In this document: positions 45,320 to 56,901 of the stretch, piece by piece
How positions within the stretch are numbered: position 1 is the stretch's first letter
Layout of the letters: each line of letters starts with the position of its first letter
Source: Eubacteriales bacterium
GTDB lineage: Bacteria > Bacillota > Clostridia > Oscillospirales > CAG-272
NCBI GenBank assembly: GCA_045543555.1
Contig: JAZQMQ010000020.1
Span: forward strand, 2,911 to 66,910
DNA length: 64,000 nucleotides
Direction of reading: 5' to 3'
Made by a program: the position numbers and the translations under genes
The notes under the pieces: model-generated
What the model saw: the letters and a program-made list of their open reading frames with translations, nothing else
Told to the model about the DNA's origin: nothing
The model's database searches: none

Positions 45320-47293
45320 ATGGGAGATTTCAAGCTCGTTTCAAATTACGAGCCTACGGGAGATCAGCCCGAGGCTATAGCAAAGCTTGTGGACGGAATA
45401 AACAGTGGCTACCGTGACCAGACACTGCTCGGTGTCACAGGCTCGGGCAAGACGTTTACGATGGCAAATATTATCGCCAAGGTCAACCGCCCCACCCTCG
45501 TCCTCGCACACAACAAGACCCTTGCGGCACAGCTTTGCTCCGAATTCCGTGAATTTTTCCCCGAAAATGCGGTAGAATATTTCGTATCCTACTACGATTA
45601 CTTTCAGCCCGAGGCATATATTCCCGGCAAGGACGTGTATATCGAGAAGGATTCCCTTGTAAACGATGAGATAGACAAGCTCCGTCACTCCGCCACCTCT
45701 TCGCTTTTTGAAAGGCGTGACGTTATAATCGTTTCGTCTGTCTCCTGCATTTATTCCCTCGGCGACCCCGAGGATTACACCGACCTCATGATAAATCTCC
45801 GCCCGGGTATGATGATGGAGAGAGACGCACTTCTGCGAAAGCTCGTTTCCATAAATTACGACCGCAACGACGTCGGCTTTGAGCGTAACCGCTTCAGAGT
45901 AAGGGGCGACGTTGTGGAGATATTCCCGCCATCCTCAAGCGGAGATATACTTCGTGTGGAGTTTTTCGGTGACGAGATCGACCGACTTTCCGAAATAAAT
46001 TACGTAACGGGCGAGGTCATCCGTGACCTTCGCTACGCATCGGTCTTCCCTGCGACTCACTACGCCACCACCGACGATAAAAAGGAGGCTGCGCTCAAGG
46101 AGATAGAAGCCGAGCTTGAGGAAAGAGTCGAATATTTCAAGAGTCAGAACAAGCTCATCGAGGCTCAGCGCATCGAGGAGCGCACCCGTTACGATATTGA
46201 AATGATCCGAGAGATAGGATATTGCTCGGGCGTTGAAAACTATTCCCGAGTATTTTCGGGAAGAGCTCCCGGCACCACCCCCTACACTCTGATGGACTAT
46301 TTCCCCAAGGACTTTCTGATGTTCATCGACGAGTCACACGTTACGCTCCCTCAGGTCAAGGGCATGAGCGGCGGCGACAGAGCGAGAAAGACGAACCTTA
46401 TAAACTACGGCTTCCGCCTCCCCTCCGCATTTGATAACAGACCTCTGTTCTTCGACGAATTCGAAAGCAAGATAAATCAGGTAATTTACGTCAGCGCCAC
46501 CCCCGCCGACTACGAAAAGGAGCATTCGGTGCAGATAGCCGAGCAGCTCATTCGACCTACGGGTCTTATCGACCCCGAGATCGAGATACGTCCCATCGAC
46601 GGTCAGGTGGATGACCTTATGGGTGAGATACGTATCCGTGCAAAGCGCGGGGAGCGTGTTCTCGTCACCACCCTTACGACCCAAATGGCAGAGGACCTGA
46701 CCGAATATCTCGAGATGAATCTCATAAAGGTCAAATATATCCATCACAACGTTGAAACCATCGAGCGAATGGAGATAATACGCGACCTTCGACTCGGGGT
46801 TTTCGACGTGCTTGTGGGTATAAACCTGCTTCGTGAGGGTCTCGACATCCCCGAGGTCTCACTGGTTGCCATACTCGATGCCGACAAGGAGGGTCTGCTT
46901 CGCTCCGAGACAGCACTTATACAAACCGTCGGACGTGCCGCACGAAACGCCGAGGGCAAGGTCATTTTCTACGCCGATGTTATGACAAGATCGATCAAGG
47001 CAACGGTCGAAGAGACCAACCGCCGCCGTCAGATACAGATGGCATACAACGAAAAGCACGGAATAGTTCCGAAAACAATAATCAAAGAAATAAGGGATCT
47101 CATTGAAATAGGAGTATCCCCGACAAAAACCGAAAAGGAACGAATCAAGGACGCAAAAAAGCTTCCTCCGAAGGAAAAGGCTTCGCTTGTGGAGGAGCTT
47201 ACAAAACAGATGAAGGAAGCGGCAAAGAATCTCGATTTCGAGCGTGCCGCATACCTGCGTGACCGCATCGCAGAGCTAAGAACGAAAAAATAA
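45320..47293 (+). CDS. uvrB: excinuclease ABC subunit B
   Basis: 657 aa. GVTGSGKT, helicase motifs, C-terminal UVR domain ([11 protein letters not shown]). Confidence 0.97.
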   Translation: MGDFKLVSNYEPTGDQPEAIAKLVDGINSGYRDQTLLGVTGSGKTFTMANIIAKVNRPTLVLAHNKTLAAQLCSEFREFFPENAVEYFVSYYDYFQPEAYIPGKDVYIEKDSLVNDEIDKLRHSATSSLFERRDVIIVSSVSCIYSLGDPEDYTDLMINLRPGMMMERDALLRKLVSINYDRNDVGFERNRFRVRGDVVEIFPPSSSGDILRVEFFGDEIDRLSEINYVTGEVIRDLRYASVFPATHYATTDDKKEAALKEIEAELEERVEYFKSQNKLIEAQRIEERTRYDIEMIREIGYCSGVENYSRVFSGRAPGTTPYTLMDYFPKDFLMFIDESHVTLPQVKGMSGGDRARKTNLINYGFRLPSAFDNRPLFFDEFESKINQVIYVSATPADYEKEHSVQIAEQLIRPTGLIDPEIEIRPIDGQVDDLMGEIRIRAKRGERVLVTTLTTQMAEDLTEYLEMNLIKVKYIHHNVETIERMEIIRDLRLGVFDVLVGINLLREGLDIPEVSLVAILDADKEGLLRSETALIQTVGRAARNAEGKVIFYADVMTRSIKATVEETNRRRQIQMAYNEKHGIVPKTIIKEIRDLIEIGVSPTKTEKERIKDAKKLPPKEKASLVEELTKQMKEAAKNLDFERAAYLRDRIAELRTKK

Positions 47294-47305
47294 AGAAGGG
47301 CAAAT

Positions 47306-50140
47306 ATGTCTTATCCGAAAATTACAGTCAAGGGCGCAAGAGTCCACAATTTAAAAAACATCGATCTGGAAATACCGCGAGATAAGCTCGTGGTATTCAC
47401 GGGTCTGAGCGGCTCGGGAAAATCCTCCCTTGCCTTCGATACACTATATGCAGAGGGACACCGACGCTTCGTCGAGTCCCTTTCGTCCTATGCCCGAATG
47501 TTCTTAGGGCAGATGGACAAGCCCGACGTGGATCTCATCGAGGGACTTTCCCCCGCCATTTCAATAGACCAGAAGACCACCTCCAAAAACCCACGCTCCA
47601 CCGTGGGAACGGTCACCGAGATATACGATTACCTCCGTCTCATGTACGCCCGTATCGGTATTCCCCACTGTCCCGTCTGCGGCAAGGAGATCCGTCAGCA
47701 GAGCATCGATCAGATACTTGACGATGTCCTTTCGCTTCCCGAGAGGACTAAATTCATAATCCTCTCCCCCGTTGTCCGTGACAAAAAGGGCATGCACGAA
47801 AAGGTTCTTGAGGAAGCAAGGAAAAACGGATACGTCCGTATCCGGATCGACGGCGTGACCTACGATATAAACGATACCCCCGAGCTTGACAAAAATAAGA
47901 AGCACAGTATAGACGTCGTTGTCGACCGTCTCGTTATGAGAGACGGTATAAGAAGCAGGCTTGCTGACTCCGCGGAAAACGCCCTGAATCTCGCAAAGGG
48001 AAATATGACCGTGGTCATCCTTGACCGCGAGGGCGGAGAGACCGAGCGCACGTATTCGCAGAATTACGCCTGCGAGGAGCACTCCTTCAGTATGCCCGAG
48101 CTTTCTCCCCGTATGTTTTCCTTCAACAACCCCTTGGGAGCATGTGAAAAATGTGCGGGAATCGGTGAGCTTCGCACGGTATCGAAGGAGCTCGTCATTC
48201 CCGACACCTCCCTTTCCATTGCCGACGGCGCCATCAACGTAAACGGCTTCAAGAGTATCGAGGAAAGCACCTGGATGTCACCTCTTTACGAGGCGGTTGG
48301 CAAGGTTTACGGCTTCACCCTCAACACTCCCATCTGCGATTACTCCGAGGAAGCGCTGAACGCCCTGCTTTTCGGTACGGGCGACCGTTATTTTGAGATA
48401 GAACGCTCCTTTGATGCCAGAAGAGTGCGTCAGTCGGTCAGATTCGAGGGCGTTCTCAATATTATCGAGCAACGCTACGAAATGGGTCAGAGCGAATACT
48501 ACGAGGACTTTTTCGAGTTCATTCCCTGCCCTCTCTGTCAGGGCAAAAGACTCAAGCCGCACGTCCTCGCCGTCACCGTCGACGGTATGAGCATCGACGG
48601 TATCTGCTCTCTGTCGGTCGACGATGCCCTTGGCAGAGTCAATTCCCTCATCCTTTCGGGCGAGGAGGAGAAAATTGCAAGAGACATCGTAAAGGAGCTT
48701 CGCTCAAGGCTCTCCTTCCTGAAAAACGTTGGTCTCGGCTACCTTTCCCTCTCACGTCGCTCGGGCACTCTTTCGGGCGGTGAGGCACAGAGAATAAGAC
48801 TCGCCACCCAGATAGGCTCATCCCTTATGGGCGTGCTGTACATCCTCGACGAGCCCAGCATCGGTCTTCACCAGAGGGACAACGGCAAGCTGATAACGGC
48901 TCTGAAGGCTCTTCGTGACGTAGGAAACACCGTTATCGTGGTGGAGCATGACGAGGAGACCATGACCGAGGCGGATTACATCGTCGACATCGGCCCCCGT
49001 GCAGGTGTCCACGGCGGTGAGATAGTCGCCTGCGGCACCCCCGAGGAGATAATGAAAAACGAGGCGTCCCTGACGGGAGATTACCTTTCGGGCAGAAAGA
49101 AGATCGCAGTCCCCGAAAAGCGAAGAGACGGAAACGGTAAATTCCTTAAAATTTACGGCGCAAGGCAGAATAATCTTAAAAATATCGACGTGACACTCCC
49201 CCTCGGTAAGCTCGTTTGCATAACGGGCGTGTCGGGCTCGGGAAAATCGTCGCTGATAAACGGAATTCTCTATCCCGCACTTGCAAAGCAGCTCAACCGT
49301 GCTCTGACGCGTGCGGGCAAGCACGACAGCATCGAGGGCATTGAGGCTCTCGACAAGGTCATTGCCATCGACCAGAGCCCCATCGGTCGCACCCCCCGTT
49401 CAAATCCCGCAACCTATACGGGACTTTTCAACGATATAAGAGAGCTGTTCGCATCCACAAACGATGCAAAGCTCCGAGGCTACAAGGCAGGACGCTTCTC
49501 CTTCAACGTCAAGGGAGGACGTTGCGAAAGCTGCGAGGGTGACGGCGTAAAGAAGATAGAAATGCACTTCCTTCCCGACATTTACGTCACCTGCGACGTC
49601 TGTCGTGGAAAGCGTTACAACCGAGACACGCTTGAGGTCAAATATAAGGGCAAGAGCATATCCGACGTCCTTGATATGACCGTTGAGGAAGGACTTTATT
49701 TCTTCGAAAGCCTGCCCAAGCTGAAGAGAAAGCTTCAGACTCTTTTTGACGTAGGTCTCGGATACATCAAGATAGGTCAGTCCTCCACCACCCTTTCGGG
49801 AGGCGAGGCGCAGAGAGTCAAGCTTGCGACCGAGCTTGCCAAGAGAGGTACGGGACAGACAGCATATATTCTCGACGAGCCCACGACAGGTCTGCATACC
49901 GCTGACGTGGACAAGCTCATCTCCATCCTGCAAAGACTTGCCGACCAGGGCAACACCGTCATCGTCATCGAGCATAACCTCGACCTCATCAAGACCGCAG
50001 ACCACATTATCGATATGGGCCCCGAGGGCGGAGACAACGGCGGCACGGTAATAGCCAATGGCACACCTGAAGATGTATCCGCGACAAAGGGATCTTACAC
50101 CGGTGAATTTTTGGCAAAAATTCTCGGTCGAAAAAATTAA
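47306..50140 (+). CDS. uvrA: excinuclease ABC subunit A
   Basis: 944 aa. Two ABC modules ([18 protein letters not shown]), zinc-finger Cys pairs. Confidence 0.97.
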   Translation: MSYPKITVKGARVHNLKNIDLEIPRDKLVVFTGLSGSGKSSLAFDTLYAEGHRRFVESLSSYARMFLGQMDKPDVDLIEGLSPAISIDQKTTSKNPRSTVGTVTEIYDYLRLMYARIGIPHCPVCGKEIRQQSIDQILDDVLSLPERTKFIILSPVVRDKKGMHEKVLEEARKNGYVRIRIDGVTYDINDTPELDKNKKHSIDVVVDRLVMRDGIRSRLADSAENALNLAKGNMTVVILDREGGETERTYSQNYACEEHSFSMPELSPRMFSFNNPLGACEKCAGIGELRTVSKELVIPDTSLSIADGAINVNGFKSIEESTWMSPLYEAVGKVYGFTLNTPICDYSEEALNALLFGTGDRYFEIERSFDARRVRQSVRFEGVLNIIEQRYEMGQSEYYEDFFEFIPCPLCQGKRLKPHVLAVTVDGMSIDGICSLSVDDALGRVNSLILSGEEEKIARDIVKELRSRLSFLKNVGLGYLSLSRRSGTLSGGEAQRIRLATQIGSSLMGVLYILDEPSIGLHQRDNGKLITALKALRDVGNTVIVVEHDEETMTEADYIVDIGPRAGVHGGEIVACGTPEEIMKNEASLTGDYLSGRKKIAVPEKRRDGNGKFLKIYGARQNNLKNIDVTLPLGKLVCITGVSGSGKSSLINGILYPALAKQLNRALTRAGKHDSIEGIEALDKVIAIDQSPIGRTPRSNPATYTGLFNDIRELFASTNDAKLRGYKAGRFSFNVKGGRCESCEGDGVKKIEMHFLPDIYVTCDVCRGKRYNRDTLEVKYKGKSISDVLDMTVEEGLYFFESLPKLKRKLQTLFDVGLGYIKIGQSSTTLSGGEAQRVKLATELAKRGTGQTAYILDEPTTGLHTADVDKLISILQRLADQGNTVIVIEHNLDLIKTADHIIDMGPEGGDNGGTVIANGTPEDVSATKGSYTGEFLAKILGRKN

Positions 50141-50201
50141 GAATCAGAAAAGGCAGAAATATGTTAAGTAAAGCCGAGCTTTCGTCGTTATTTCACGGCA
50201 G

Positions 50202-50577
50202 TTATTCCCTTGATTTCGACGAACATGGGTATATATCCGTAAAAAGAAGCGCCGACTGAACGTTTTCCTTTACGCTGAGGTCAAAAATAAGATTTCCCGC
50301 AGGGAGCTTTGTGGGGAGTAGGTCTGCCGTAAGGCTTATCAAAAATTCTGATAATCTCCTCGTTCTTTTTCTCCTCGGCAAGCCTTTTAAGATTTGCATA
50401 GGTGTATTCACCGCCCGCTATCGAGGGCGTGGAGCAGTCCCAAAGACTATTTAAATCAAGAGACATACGGTGCGCGTCGGACGGGCTGTAAATAAGCGCT
50501 CCGATAGCGCCGTTCCCCAGAGGAATAGCCTCGTCCCACTTGGTTATTGTGTTTTCAAATTTCATTACGTTCTTCAT
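50202..50577 (-). pseudogene. N-terminal remnant of a glycoside hydrolase (GH95-like N-terminal domain), frameshifted and truncated
   Basis: KWDEAIPLGNGAIGALIY...LDLNSLWD (50577-50281) continues in another frame as KLPAGNLIFDLSV... (to 50202) and then ends. About 125 aa survive of what is normally a much larger enzyme. Confidence 0.5.
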
Positions 50578-50816
50578 GCTTTTCTCCTGTAACTTAGGTT
50601 GTTTTCATTATAATATTTATCAGTTAATAAGTTAATATAAAAATGAGACAACAATCATGCATTTTCTGCAAGGCGTATAACAGGTCACAAATTACAATGT
50701 GCCACAAAAAAATAATAACGATAAGGCATTTCAATACCCAATTTTTATTTGTGATAGAAATACTATATATCAGCTTTATTTCTTTTAAAAAAAAATAAAA
50801 TTTTTTTCAAAAACAT

Positions 50817-50845
50817 TTGAAATCGCAAAAAATTTAGTGTATAAT
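50817..50845 (+). promoter_or_regulatory. candidate promoter of the small Cys-protein gene
   Basis: TTGAAA, 17 nt, TATAAT within a long AT-rich spacer. Confidence 0.5.
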
Positions 50846-50879
50846 ATGTGTTAGAACGAAAATATCAAGGATAAGAACA

Positions 50880-51104
50880 ATGTTTAAGAAAAAGAAAAAA
50901 GGTTCAACCCCCGACACTCCAAAGATGTGTCTTTACTGCGAGAACGCAACGGTTATCAGTGATGACGACAACGTTCTTTGCTCACTCAAGGGAATAGTAA
51001 ATAAAGAGTACAGCTGCAACAAATGCATCTACGACCCGCTGAAAAGAATTCCGACTCCTATTCCCCCAATGCCCAAGCTTTCAGAGGAAGATATTATCAT
51101 TTAA
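50880..51104 (+). CDS. small Cys-rich protein (74 aa), unknown function
   Basis: MCLYCEN...C...CNKC arrangement. AAGGA RBS. Own promoter and terminator. Confidence 0.55.
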   Translation: MFKKKKKGSTPDTPKMCLYCENATVISDDDNVLCSLKGIVNKEYSCNKCIYDPLKRIPTPIPPMPKLSEEDIII

Positions 51105-51142
51105 AAAAAACAAGCTGTTGCCCAGGCAACAGCTTGTTTTTT
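51103..51142. terminator. bidirectional terminator
   Basis: AAAAAACAAGCTGTTGCC / GGCAACAGCTTGTTTTTT. Confidence 0.8.
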
Positions 51143-52625
51143 ATTTATCAACTATTATCTTGTACTTACTTTCGGGATCATCGGAAGTGTGGGCAAGTAT
51201 TGCATTTTCTTTTTCCATATACCCGAAAAGTGCGGTAAGGTGAGTAACGAAAACGTACTTAGTCTTAAGCTTTGGCATAAAACGGAGAATATTGTATATA
51301 CTCTCGGTTCCTTCCTTGTATGAAGTCGTCTGGAATGTCTCGTTTAAAAGCAAGAAGGAATAGGGCGTAAGCTTATTAAGTATCGTCGCAATTTCTCTTG
51401 CCTCCTGATCGAATCTTCCCTTTGCGTCTCCAATAAGAAACTCCTCTTCCGCGCTTGAGAAATGGGAGAAAAATCCTCGTCTGATACTGATTACGGCACT
51501 CTCCGCCAAAACAGGTAATCCTGCCTGCGCGAAAAGCTGAGCCGCTCCTATAGAACGGAGATAAACGGTCTTTCCGCTGTCCGTAAGTCCCTTAACGAGA
51601 AGCCCCGACTGCTCATTTGTCAGCACGAGGTCGTTTGGTACGGTTTTTGCGCCATGTCCGTTTGACAGAAGAACAAGCTCACGAAGCCCTTTGGCTTCAA
51701 ACCTGTCAGCCTCCTCGGGCAGCACGGTAGGAATAACCGTGGGTACGCCGTCGGAAAGAGCCTTATTGCAATAGTTGAGTGCGGCTTCATAGAACATCAG
51801 CTCGCTCGAAAGTCCAAAAAAGGCATCGTAAACGTCGCCTGTAACCTTCGTCAGCACAGCATCTATCCTTGAAAGAGCTTCGTTCAGGATATACTGTGCA
51901 TCGCTTAAAGGATCCTCGCCTGCCTCTGACAAGGCCGCAGTAACCTCAACCCCTTCTTTAACCTTCTTTTTTGCGAAAAGCTTCGACAATCCGCTTGCCT
52001 GCTTTTTCTCGACTATATCACTTATATCGCATGATAACAGCTTAAGTGCATGATCGAGAAAAAACACCATACTGAAATCAAAATCCTGTGGGGTCTTGTA
52101 TCTGAATCTTTGAGATATATCAACGAGCTCATTAAGTGCCTCGTTTTCGGACATGCTCTTACACCAATCGCGTATGGCACAAAGTCCCTCACTCTTGACC
52201 GGATATTCGCTTAGCGTCTCTCCGATCGTGCCGAAGAACGATGCTATTGTTGAAGGAAATATCGCCGTAATTTTAAGCGATGAAAAGGTGTGATCAAGAA
52301 GCGCCTCGGAATTTATTTCCGAGCCCCTGCTGTTCACAGCGCTCAGCTTCATTTCCTGCCAGTCACTTTTGATCTTATCGTAACGGGAAAACAGAGTTTT
52401 AAGCGAATCGATAAGTCCGTCAATTTTATTCAGATCCTCAAATATTTGCTGCCTGAATACAATATTCTCGGTCTTAGTCAGTGGCTTTTCAAGAACCGAG
52501 ATGAAATACTCTGCTCTTCTCTTATCCGCAACTATGTTCTTCACTGCCCTGTCGAGAGACAAGTCGTAAAGAACTCCACATTCGGCATTGGGATCGGGTA
52601 TTTTATAAAGCAAACTGAACTTCAT
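51141..52625 (-). CDS. MutS-domain-V ATPase paralog B (no mismatch-binding or nuclease domain)
   Basis: Start at ATG 52625 (MKFSLLYKIP...) with GGGGAGG 6 nt upstream. Walker A GLTDSGKT. LLLNETFQTT lies where MutS has LVLxDExGRGT. Confidence 0.75.
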   Translation of the reverse strand: MKFSLLYKIPDPNAECGVLYDLSLDRAVKNIVADKRRAEYFISVLEKPLTKTENIVFRQQIFEDLNKIDGLIDSLKTLFSRYDKIKSDWQEMKLSAVNSRGSEINSEALLDHTFSSLKITAIFPSTIASFFGTIGETLSEYPVKSEGLCAIRDWCKSMSENEALNELVDISQRFRYKTPQDFDFSMVFFLDHALKLLSCDISDIVEKKQASGLSKLFAKKKVKEGVEVTAALSEAGEDPLSDAQYILNEALSRIDAVLTKVTGDVYDAFFGLSSELMFYEAALNYCNKALSDGVPTVIPTVLPEEADRFEAKGLRELVLLSNGHGAKTVPNDLVLTNEQSGLLVKGLTDSGKTVYLRSIGAAQLFAQAGLPVLAESAVISIRRGFFSHFSSAEEEFLIGDAKGRFDQEAREIATILNKLTPYSFLLLNETFQTTSYKEGTESIYNILRFMPKLKTKYVFVTHLTALFGYMEKENAILAHTSDDPESKYKIIVDK

Positions 52626-52626
52626 A

Positions 52627-54090
52627 TTATGCCTCCCCATTATCAAGCTTACCAAAGCGAGCCTCAAGGGCCTCAACAGTTAGTCCGCATCTTATCAGAA
52701 TATCCCTTGCGTATGAACCGCCCACGCTTTTTTGCTTTGCAATCTTAAAGGTTCGTCTGTTTTCGTCATTAACGTCGATAAGCACGTTTAGATACGGTAT
52801 ATCAGACTCCCTGAGTCCGTGCTGATGAGTGATATAAAGTCCGAATATCTTCTTTGAGTAAAGCTCGTTTGCAAGCTTTTCTGTCATAAATACGGCATTT
52901 TCCTCATTGGTTGTAGAATACGTCTCATTCAGCAAAACGACAGAGTTTTCGTCCATTTCTCGAAGGATACCTTGAACACGGTTGTTTTCCTCAACAAATC
53001 GTCCGCTTCCGTCAAAGCGTTCATCACGAGGAAAATGTGTGAATACCGAGCTTATGTCGCTTATCGATGCACTTACACAGGGTAATGGACAACCAAGCAG
53101 GAATAGAACGAGCGCGATACCTACGGTTCTGAGATACGTTGTTTTTCCTCCGCCATTTGCACCCGTCAGAATATAAAAGGGCTCTTCCTCTGTGAATGAT
53201 ATGTCATTCGGAATTATGTCTGTCTCGTTTTTTGCAAGAAGTGATACGTCGTATGCTTCGGTTACGCTTACTACTCTGCCCTCTGCAACCGTTGGATAAG
53301 TAAGTGGAATACCAACCCCTTTGATCCTGTCAAGAAAATCGAGCATCGTAAGATAGAACTCGGTCTCCTTTCGGTAGAAGGTTATCGAGGGATCATAATA
53401 CGAATAAAACTCTGTCTTAAAAGCTTTGAGCTCCTTCATCAACGGAATATTGAGCTTTCCCATTGAATTTACTATATCCGGAGAAAGCCTTCTGCTCTCG
53501 GGAGTCTTCACTCTGGGTTCAGAAACACCCAAGGTAGTCGCACATTCGGTTATTCTCTGCATAAATGTCTGATTTTTTTCGGCCTGAAGGCTGATCTTTT
53601 CTCCCGACACCTCAAGGGTGACACATAAAGTCTCCTCAACCGACGGTAAAAGTCTGTTTATCTCCGAAGCCATTCTGCTGAATATTTCAGAACCTCTCTC
53701 CTTTTCGAAGGCAGCGGAAAAACGGTGGGAAAGCGGATCGGACAGATCTGCTTTTGATGCGTTTTCTATGAAATTTTCAAGTTCAAAACAGATGAAAAAG
53801 AATATTAAGCATTTTTCAGCCTCGGTTCTCACCTTTCCAAAGGCTTCGTCGAGGCGGCTCAGCTCGCTTGATATTTCAAACAAATTCTTATAAGTCTCTC
53901 TTGAACTATGATCCGAAAGAGCTTTAAAAAACGCCTGTCTGCGAATAATGTTATCTTTTTCACATGGCACAGACGCGGCGCGAGCAACCCTCTTGGGCAT
54001 AAAATTAAGGAGCTGAAGATCCTCAAATACGTTCAAACTCAATGGCTTTTTATTTGGCTTAACATAATAAAGCAGACTGGGATATCCCAT
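52627..54090 (-). CDS. MutS-domain-V ATPase paralog A
   Basis: 487 aa. Walker A GANGGGKTTYLR, VVLLNETYSTT, THQH. Its TAA stop is 1 nt from the start of paralog B. Confidence 0.8.
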   Translation of the reverse strand: MGYPSLLYYVKPNKKPLSLNVFEDLQLLNFMPKRVARAASVPCEKDNIIRRQAFFKALSDHSSRETYKNLFEISSELSRLDEAFGKVRTEAEKCLIFFFICFELENFIENASKADLSDPLSHRFSAAFEKERGSEIFSRMASEINRLLPSVEETLCVTLEVSGEKISLQAEKNQTFMQRITECATTLGVSEPRVKTPESRRLSPDIVNSMGKLNIPLMKELKAFKTEFYSYYDPSITFYRKETEFYLTMLDFLDRIKGVGIPLTYPTVAEGRVVSVTEAYDVSLLAKNETDIIPNDISFTEEEPFYILTGANGGGKTTYLRTVGIALVLFLLGCPLPCVSASISDISSVFTHFPRDERFDGSGRFVEENNRVQGILREMDENSVVLLNETYSTTNEENAVFMTEKLANELYSKKIFGLYITHQHGLRESDIPYLNVLIDVNDENRRTFKIAKQKSVGGSYARDILIRCGLTVEALEARFGKLDNGEA

Positions 54091-54205
54091 ATAATTTTAC
54101 CTTTCAGACAGTAATCTTTTATTATTATAACCCTAAAATCCCATATTTGCAAGGGCATTTTGTAAATATTTGAGTCCGCTTATTCAAAAAACCGCCCTCA
54201 AGGTC

Positions 54206-54234
54206 TTGAAAACGTTACTTGGTTGTGATATAAT
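54206..54234 (+). promoter_or_regulatory. sigma-A promoter of yqeG-rlmA-acyltransferase-pepF
   Basis: TTGAAA, 17 nt, TGaTATAAT. Confidence 0.6.
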
Positions 54235-54257
54235 CTACATAATTATGTGAACGGAGA

Positions 54258-54785
54258 ATGTACAAATTGTTTACCGATAAATATTTTATGCCCGATCTGT
54301 ATCTTGACGATATATACTGTATAAAGGCGGAATTCCTTAAAAGCAAAGGAATAAAGGCAGTGCTCCTCGACATTGATAACACGCTTGTCACATACGATGA
54401 TCCGCTTCCCACAGAAAGCGTGCTTAATTGGTTAAGCTCACTTTCCGATGCCGGAATAAAAGCGGCATTTATTTCGAACAACCATAAGGATAGAGTTGAG
54501 CATTTCAATTCAGAGCTGAAGTGTTTTGCAACCTGGGACAGCCGCAAACCATCCGGCAAATGCTACCGTGCTGCAATGAAGCACCTCGGAACCGACACCA
54601 CAAATACTGCAGTCATCGGAGATCAGGTGTTTACAGACGTTTGGAGCGCAAAAAGACTTGGCTTATTTGCCATCCTTGTTAAGCCCATTAAAGACAAAAC
54701 TTCCCTTTTCTTCAAGTCCAAAAGAGCACTTGAAAAGCCGATCCTTAAAAGATACAAAAAAAATCACTGTGAGGATAAAAAATGA
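54258..54785 (+). CDS. yqeG: YqeG-family HAD-IIIA phosphatase
   Basis: 175 aa. LLDIDNTLV and GDQVFTDV motifs. Confidence 0.85.
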   Translation: MYKLFTDKYFMPDLYLDDIYCIKAEFLKSKGIKAVLLDIDNTLVTYDDPLPTESVLNWLSSLSDAGIKAAFISNNHKDRVEHFNSELKCFATWDSRKPSGKCYRAAMKHLGTDTTNTAVIGDQVFTDVWSAKRLGLFAILVKPIKDKTSLFFKSKRALEKPILKRYKKNHCEDKK

Positions 54786-55606
54786 TCCCCTTTGTTTGTC
54801 CGAGCTGCCGCATTCCACTCAATATCGATGGCAATTCATATAAATGCGAAAACAAGCACTGCTTCGACATATCAAAGGAGGGTTACGTAAACCTTGCATT
54901 AGGCAAAAACGATTCGGGAGACGATCCCGAAATGTGCCGTGCGAGAAGAGATTTTCTCTCCGCGGAATACTATGAACAATTTGCCGATGCAATAGCAGAC
55001 GAGCTGCGGGTAAGGAATGTAAAAAGCGTCTGCGATGCAGGATGCGGAGAAGGTTATTACTCAAGAAAGATCAGATCATTTATTCCTGAAGCCGAAATTA
55101 TCGGTCTTGACCTTGCAAAAACCTCTGTAAAGCTCGCGTCGAAATCAGAAAAAAACAGCGATAACCCTATTCGCTATGCCGTTGCGGGAATATTTGATAT
55201 GCCCCTGCCGAGCAACTCCTTTGACGCTCTTATTTCTGTATTTGCTCCCGTACCGGAGGCAGAAGCGTTCCGCATACTGAAAAGCGACGGCATTATGATA
55301 GTCGCTCATCCCGGAAAGGATCACTTAAACGGGTTAAAAAGCCTGCTTTACGACACTCCCTACGATAACGATGAGGTACTCACACAGTACCACGGATTTA
55401 AGCATCTGTACAACAGACGAACAAAATATGATGTACGAGTATCAAATGAACATGCTTCAAGCCTGTTTCTCATGACCCCTTACTATTGGAGAACGTCAAA
55501 ATCCGACGCGGACAAGCTTAAAAACGCAGAGGTCGTACACACCGACCTTGATTTCATTATTTCGGTATATCAAAAAACAAGCGAAAGCGAGAACAAAAAT
55601 GAGTAA
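54782..55606 (+). CDS. rlmA: 23S rRNA (guanine-N1)-methyltransferase RlmA-like
   Basis: 274 aa. N-terminal Zn motif CPSC...YKCENKHCFDISKEGYVNL. SAM motif VCDAGCGEGYY. Confidence 0.85.
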   Translation: MIPFVCPSCRIPLNIDGNSYKCENKHCFDISKEGYVNLALGKNDSGDDPEMCRARRDFLSAEYYEQFADAIADELRVRNVKSVCDAGCGEGYYSRKIRSFIPEAEIIGLDLAKTSVKLASKSEKNSDNPIRYAVAGIFDMPLPSNSFDALISVFAPVPEAEAFRILKSDGIMIVAHPGKDHLNGLKSLLYDTPYDNDEVLTQYHGFKHLYNRRTKYDVRVSNEHASSLFLMTPYYWRTSKSDADKLKNAEVVHTDLDFIISVYQKTSESENKNE

Positions 55607-56900
55607 AAAGGTAATGCATTTCGATTTTGCAAAAAAGCCCTACCGTCCCAGCAAATTTCTGTTTTTCCTTGCAAAAAATATTCTTTGTAAGCCGGATTTA
55701 AAAAAGAGAAAGGCTAAGATAAACAAGATAGGAATGGAAGAATACGAAAACGTTCCGTATCTTCTTCTCATAAACCACGCATCGATGGTCGATCTGAACC
55801 TCATGATGATGTCAACTCATCCTCGCTTGGTCAATAACGTAATGACCCTTGAAGGCTTCCGCGACTACACCGAACCTCTTATGCGAGGTCTCGGAGTTCT
55901 CGGAAAGAGAAAGTACGTTTCCGACATTCATCTCGTCAGAAATATCTCCTATTGTCTCAAAGAGCTAAAAACCATATTCGCAATGTTCCCTGAGGCGCGT
56001 TATTCTCTTGACGGATGTACTTCATTTCTTCCGGAATCCTTGGGTAATCTGGTAAAAATGATGAAGGTCCCCGTCGTAATGCTGAAGCTCCACGGAAACT
56101 TCGTTACAAATCCCCAATGGAATAAGATCAACAAATTCAATTGGGTCGAAGCTGATATGTACCCCATAATCACCGAGGAGCAAACACGTACGCTTTCATC
56201 ATCAGAACTGTTCAGTATCATAAAAGAAAATTTCCGCTATGACGATTTCGCGTGGCAGTATGAAAACAAGGTCAAGATCGACCACCCGCAAAGAGCAAAG
56301 GGTCTCAACTGTCTGCTTTACAAATGTCCCAAGTGCGGTACGGAGCATAAAACAGAGGCGTCGGGAACCACTCTCCGCTGCGCCGCCTGTGGAAAGAGCT
56401 GGGAAATGGACGAATACGGACGTCTGCACGGTGACGACGGTATTACGGAATTTCCTCATATTCCCGATTGGTCAAATTGGGAAAGACAGTGCGTACGTGA
56501 GGAAATAAGAAACGGAACCTACTATTTTGAGGATACCGTCCGCGTCGAAACGCTTCCTAATGCATGGGTATTCCACAAGCAAGGCGAGGGCAAGCTCGTT
56601 CAGACCTCCGAAGGCACGACTCTTACCTGCAACTTCTACGGCGAGCCCTACACCTTAAATAAGCCCGGACTTGTCCTTGAAAGTATGCACATCGAATACG
56701 ACTACAAGGGTCACGGAGATTGCGTCGATATTTCCATTCCCGACGACAGCTTCTGGTGCTACCTATCCAAAAAGGACGCGATAACCAAGCTTTCCTTTGC
56801 CACAGAGGAAATACATTTCTTGGCAAGAGAAAAGAAGGAAGCCGAAAGACTCGCCAAAAAGCAAAATAAAAACGAGGAAACAAAAGAAAAGGAGAACTGA
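55599..56900 (+). CDS. lysophospholipid acyltransferase-family protein with internal zinc-ribbon
   Basis: Start at ATG 55599 (MSKKVMHFDF), overlapping the rlmA stop. NHASMVD (HX4D). CPKCG...CAACG. Confidence 0.8.
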   Translation: MSKKVMHFDFAKKPYRPSKFLFFLAKNILCKPDLKKRKAKINKIGMEEYENVPYLLLINHASMVDLNLMMMSTHPRLVNNVMTLEGFRDYTEPLMRGLGVLGKRKYVSDIHLVRNISYCLKELKTIFAMFPEARYSLDGCTSFLPESLGNLVKMMKVPVVMLKLHGNFVTNPQWNKINKFNWVEADMYPIITEEQTRTLSSSELFSIIKENFRYDDFAWQYENKVKIDHPQRAKGLNCLLYKCPKCGTEHKTEASGTTLRCAACGKSWEMDEYGRLHGDDGITEFPHIPDWSNWERQCVREEIRNGTYYFEDTVRVETLPNAWVFHKQGEGKLVQTSEGTTLTCNFYGEPYTLNKPGLVLESMHIEYDYKGHGDCVDISIPDDSFWCYLSKKDAITKLSFATEEIHFLAREKKEAERLAKKQNKNEETKEKEN

Positions 56901-56901
56901 T

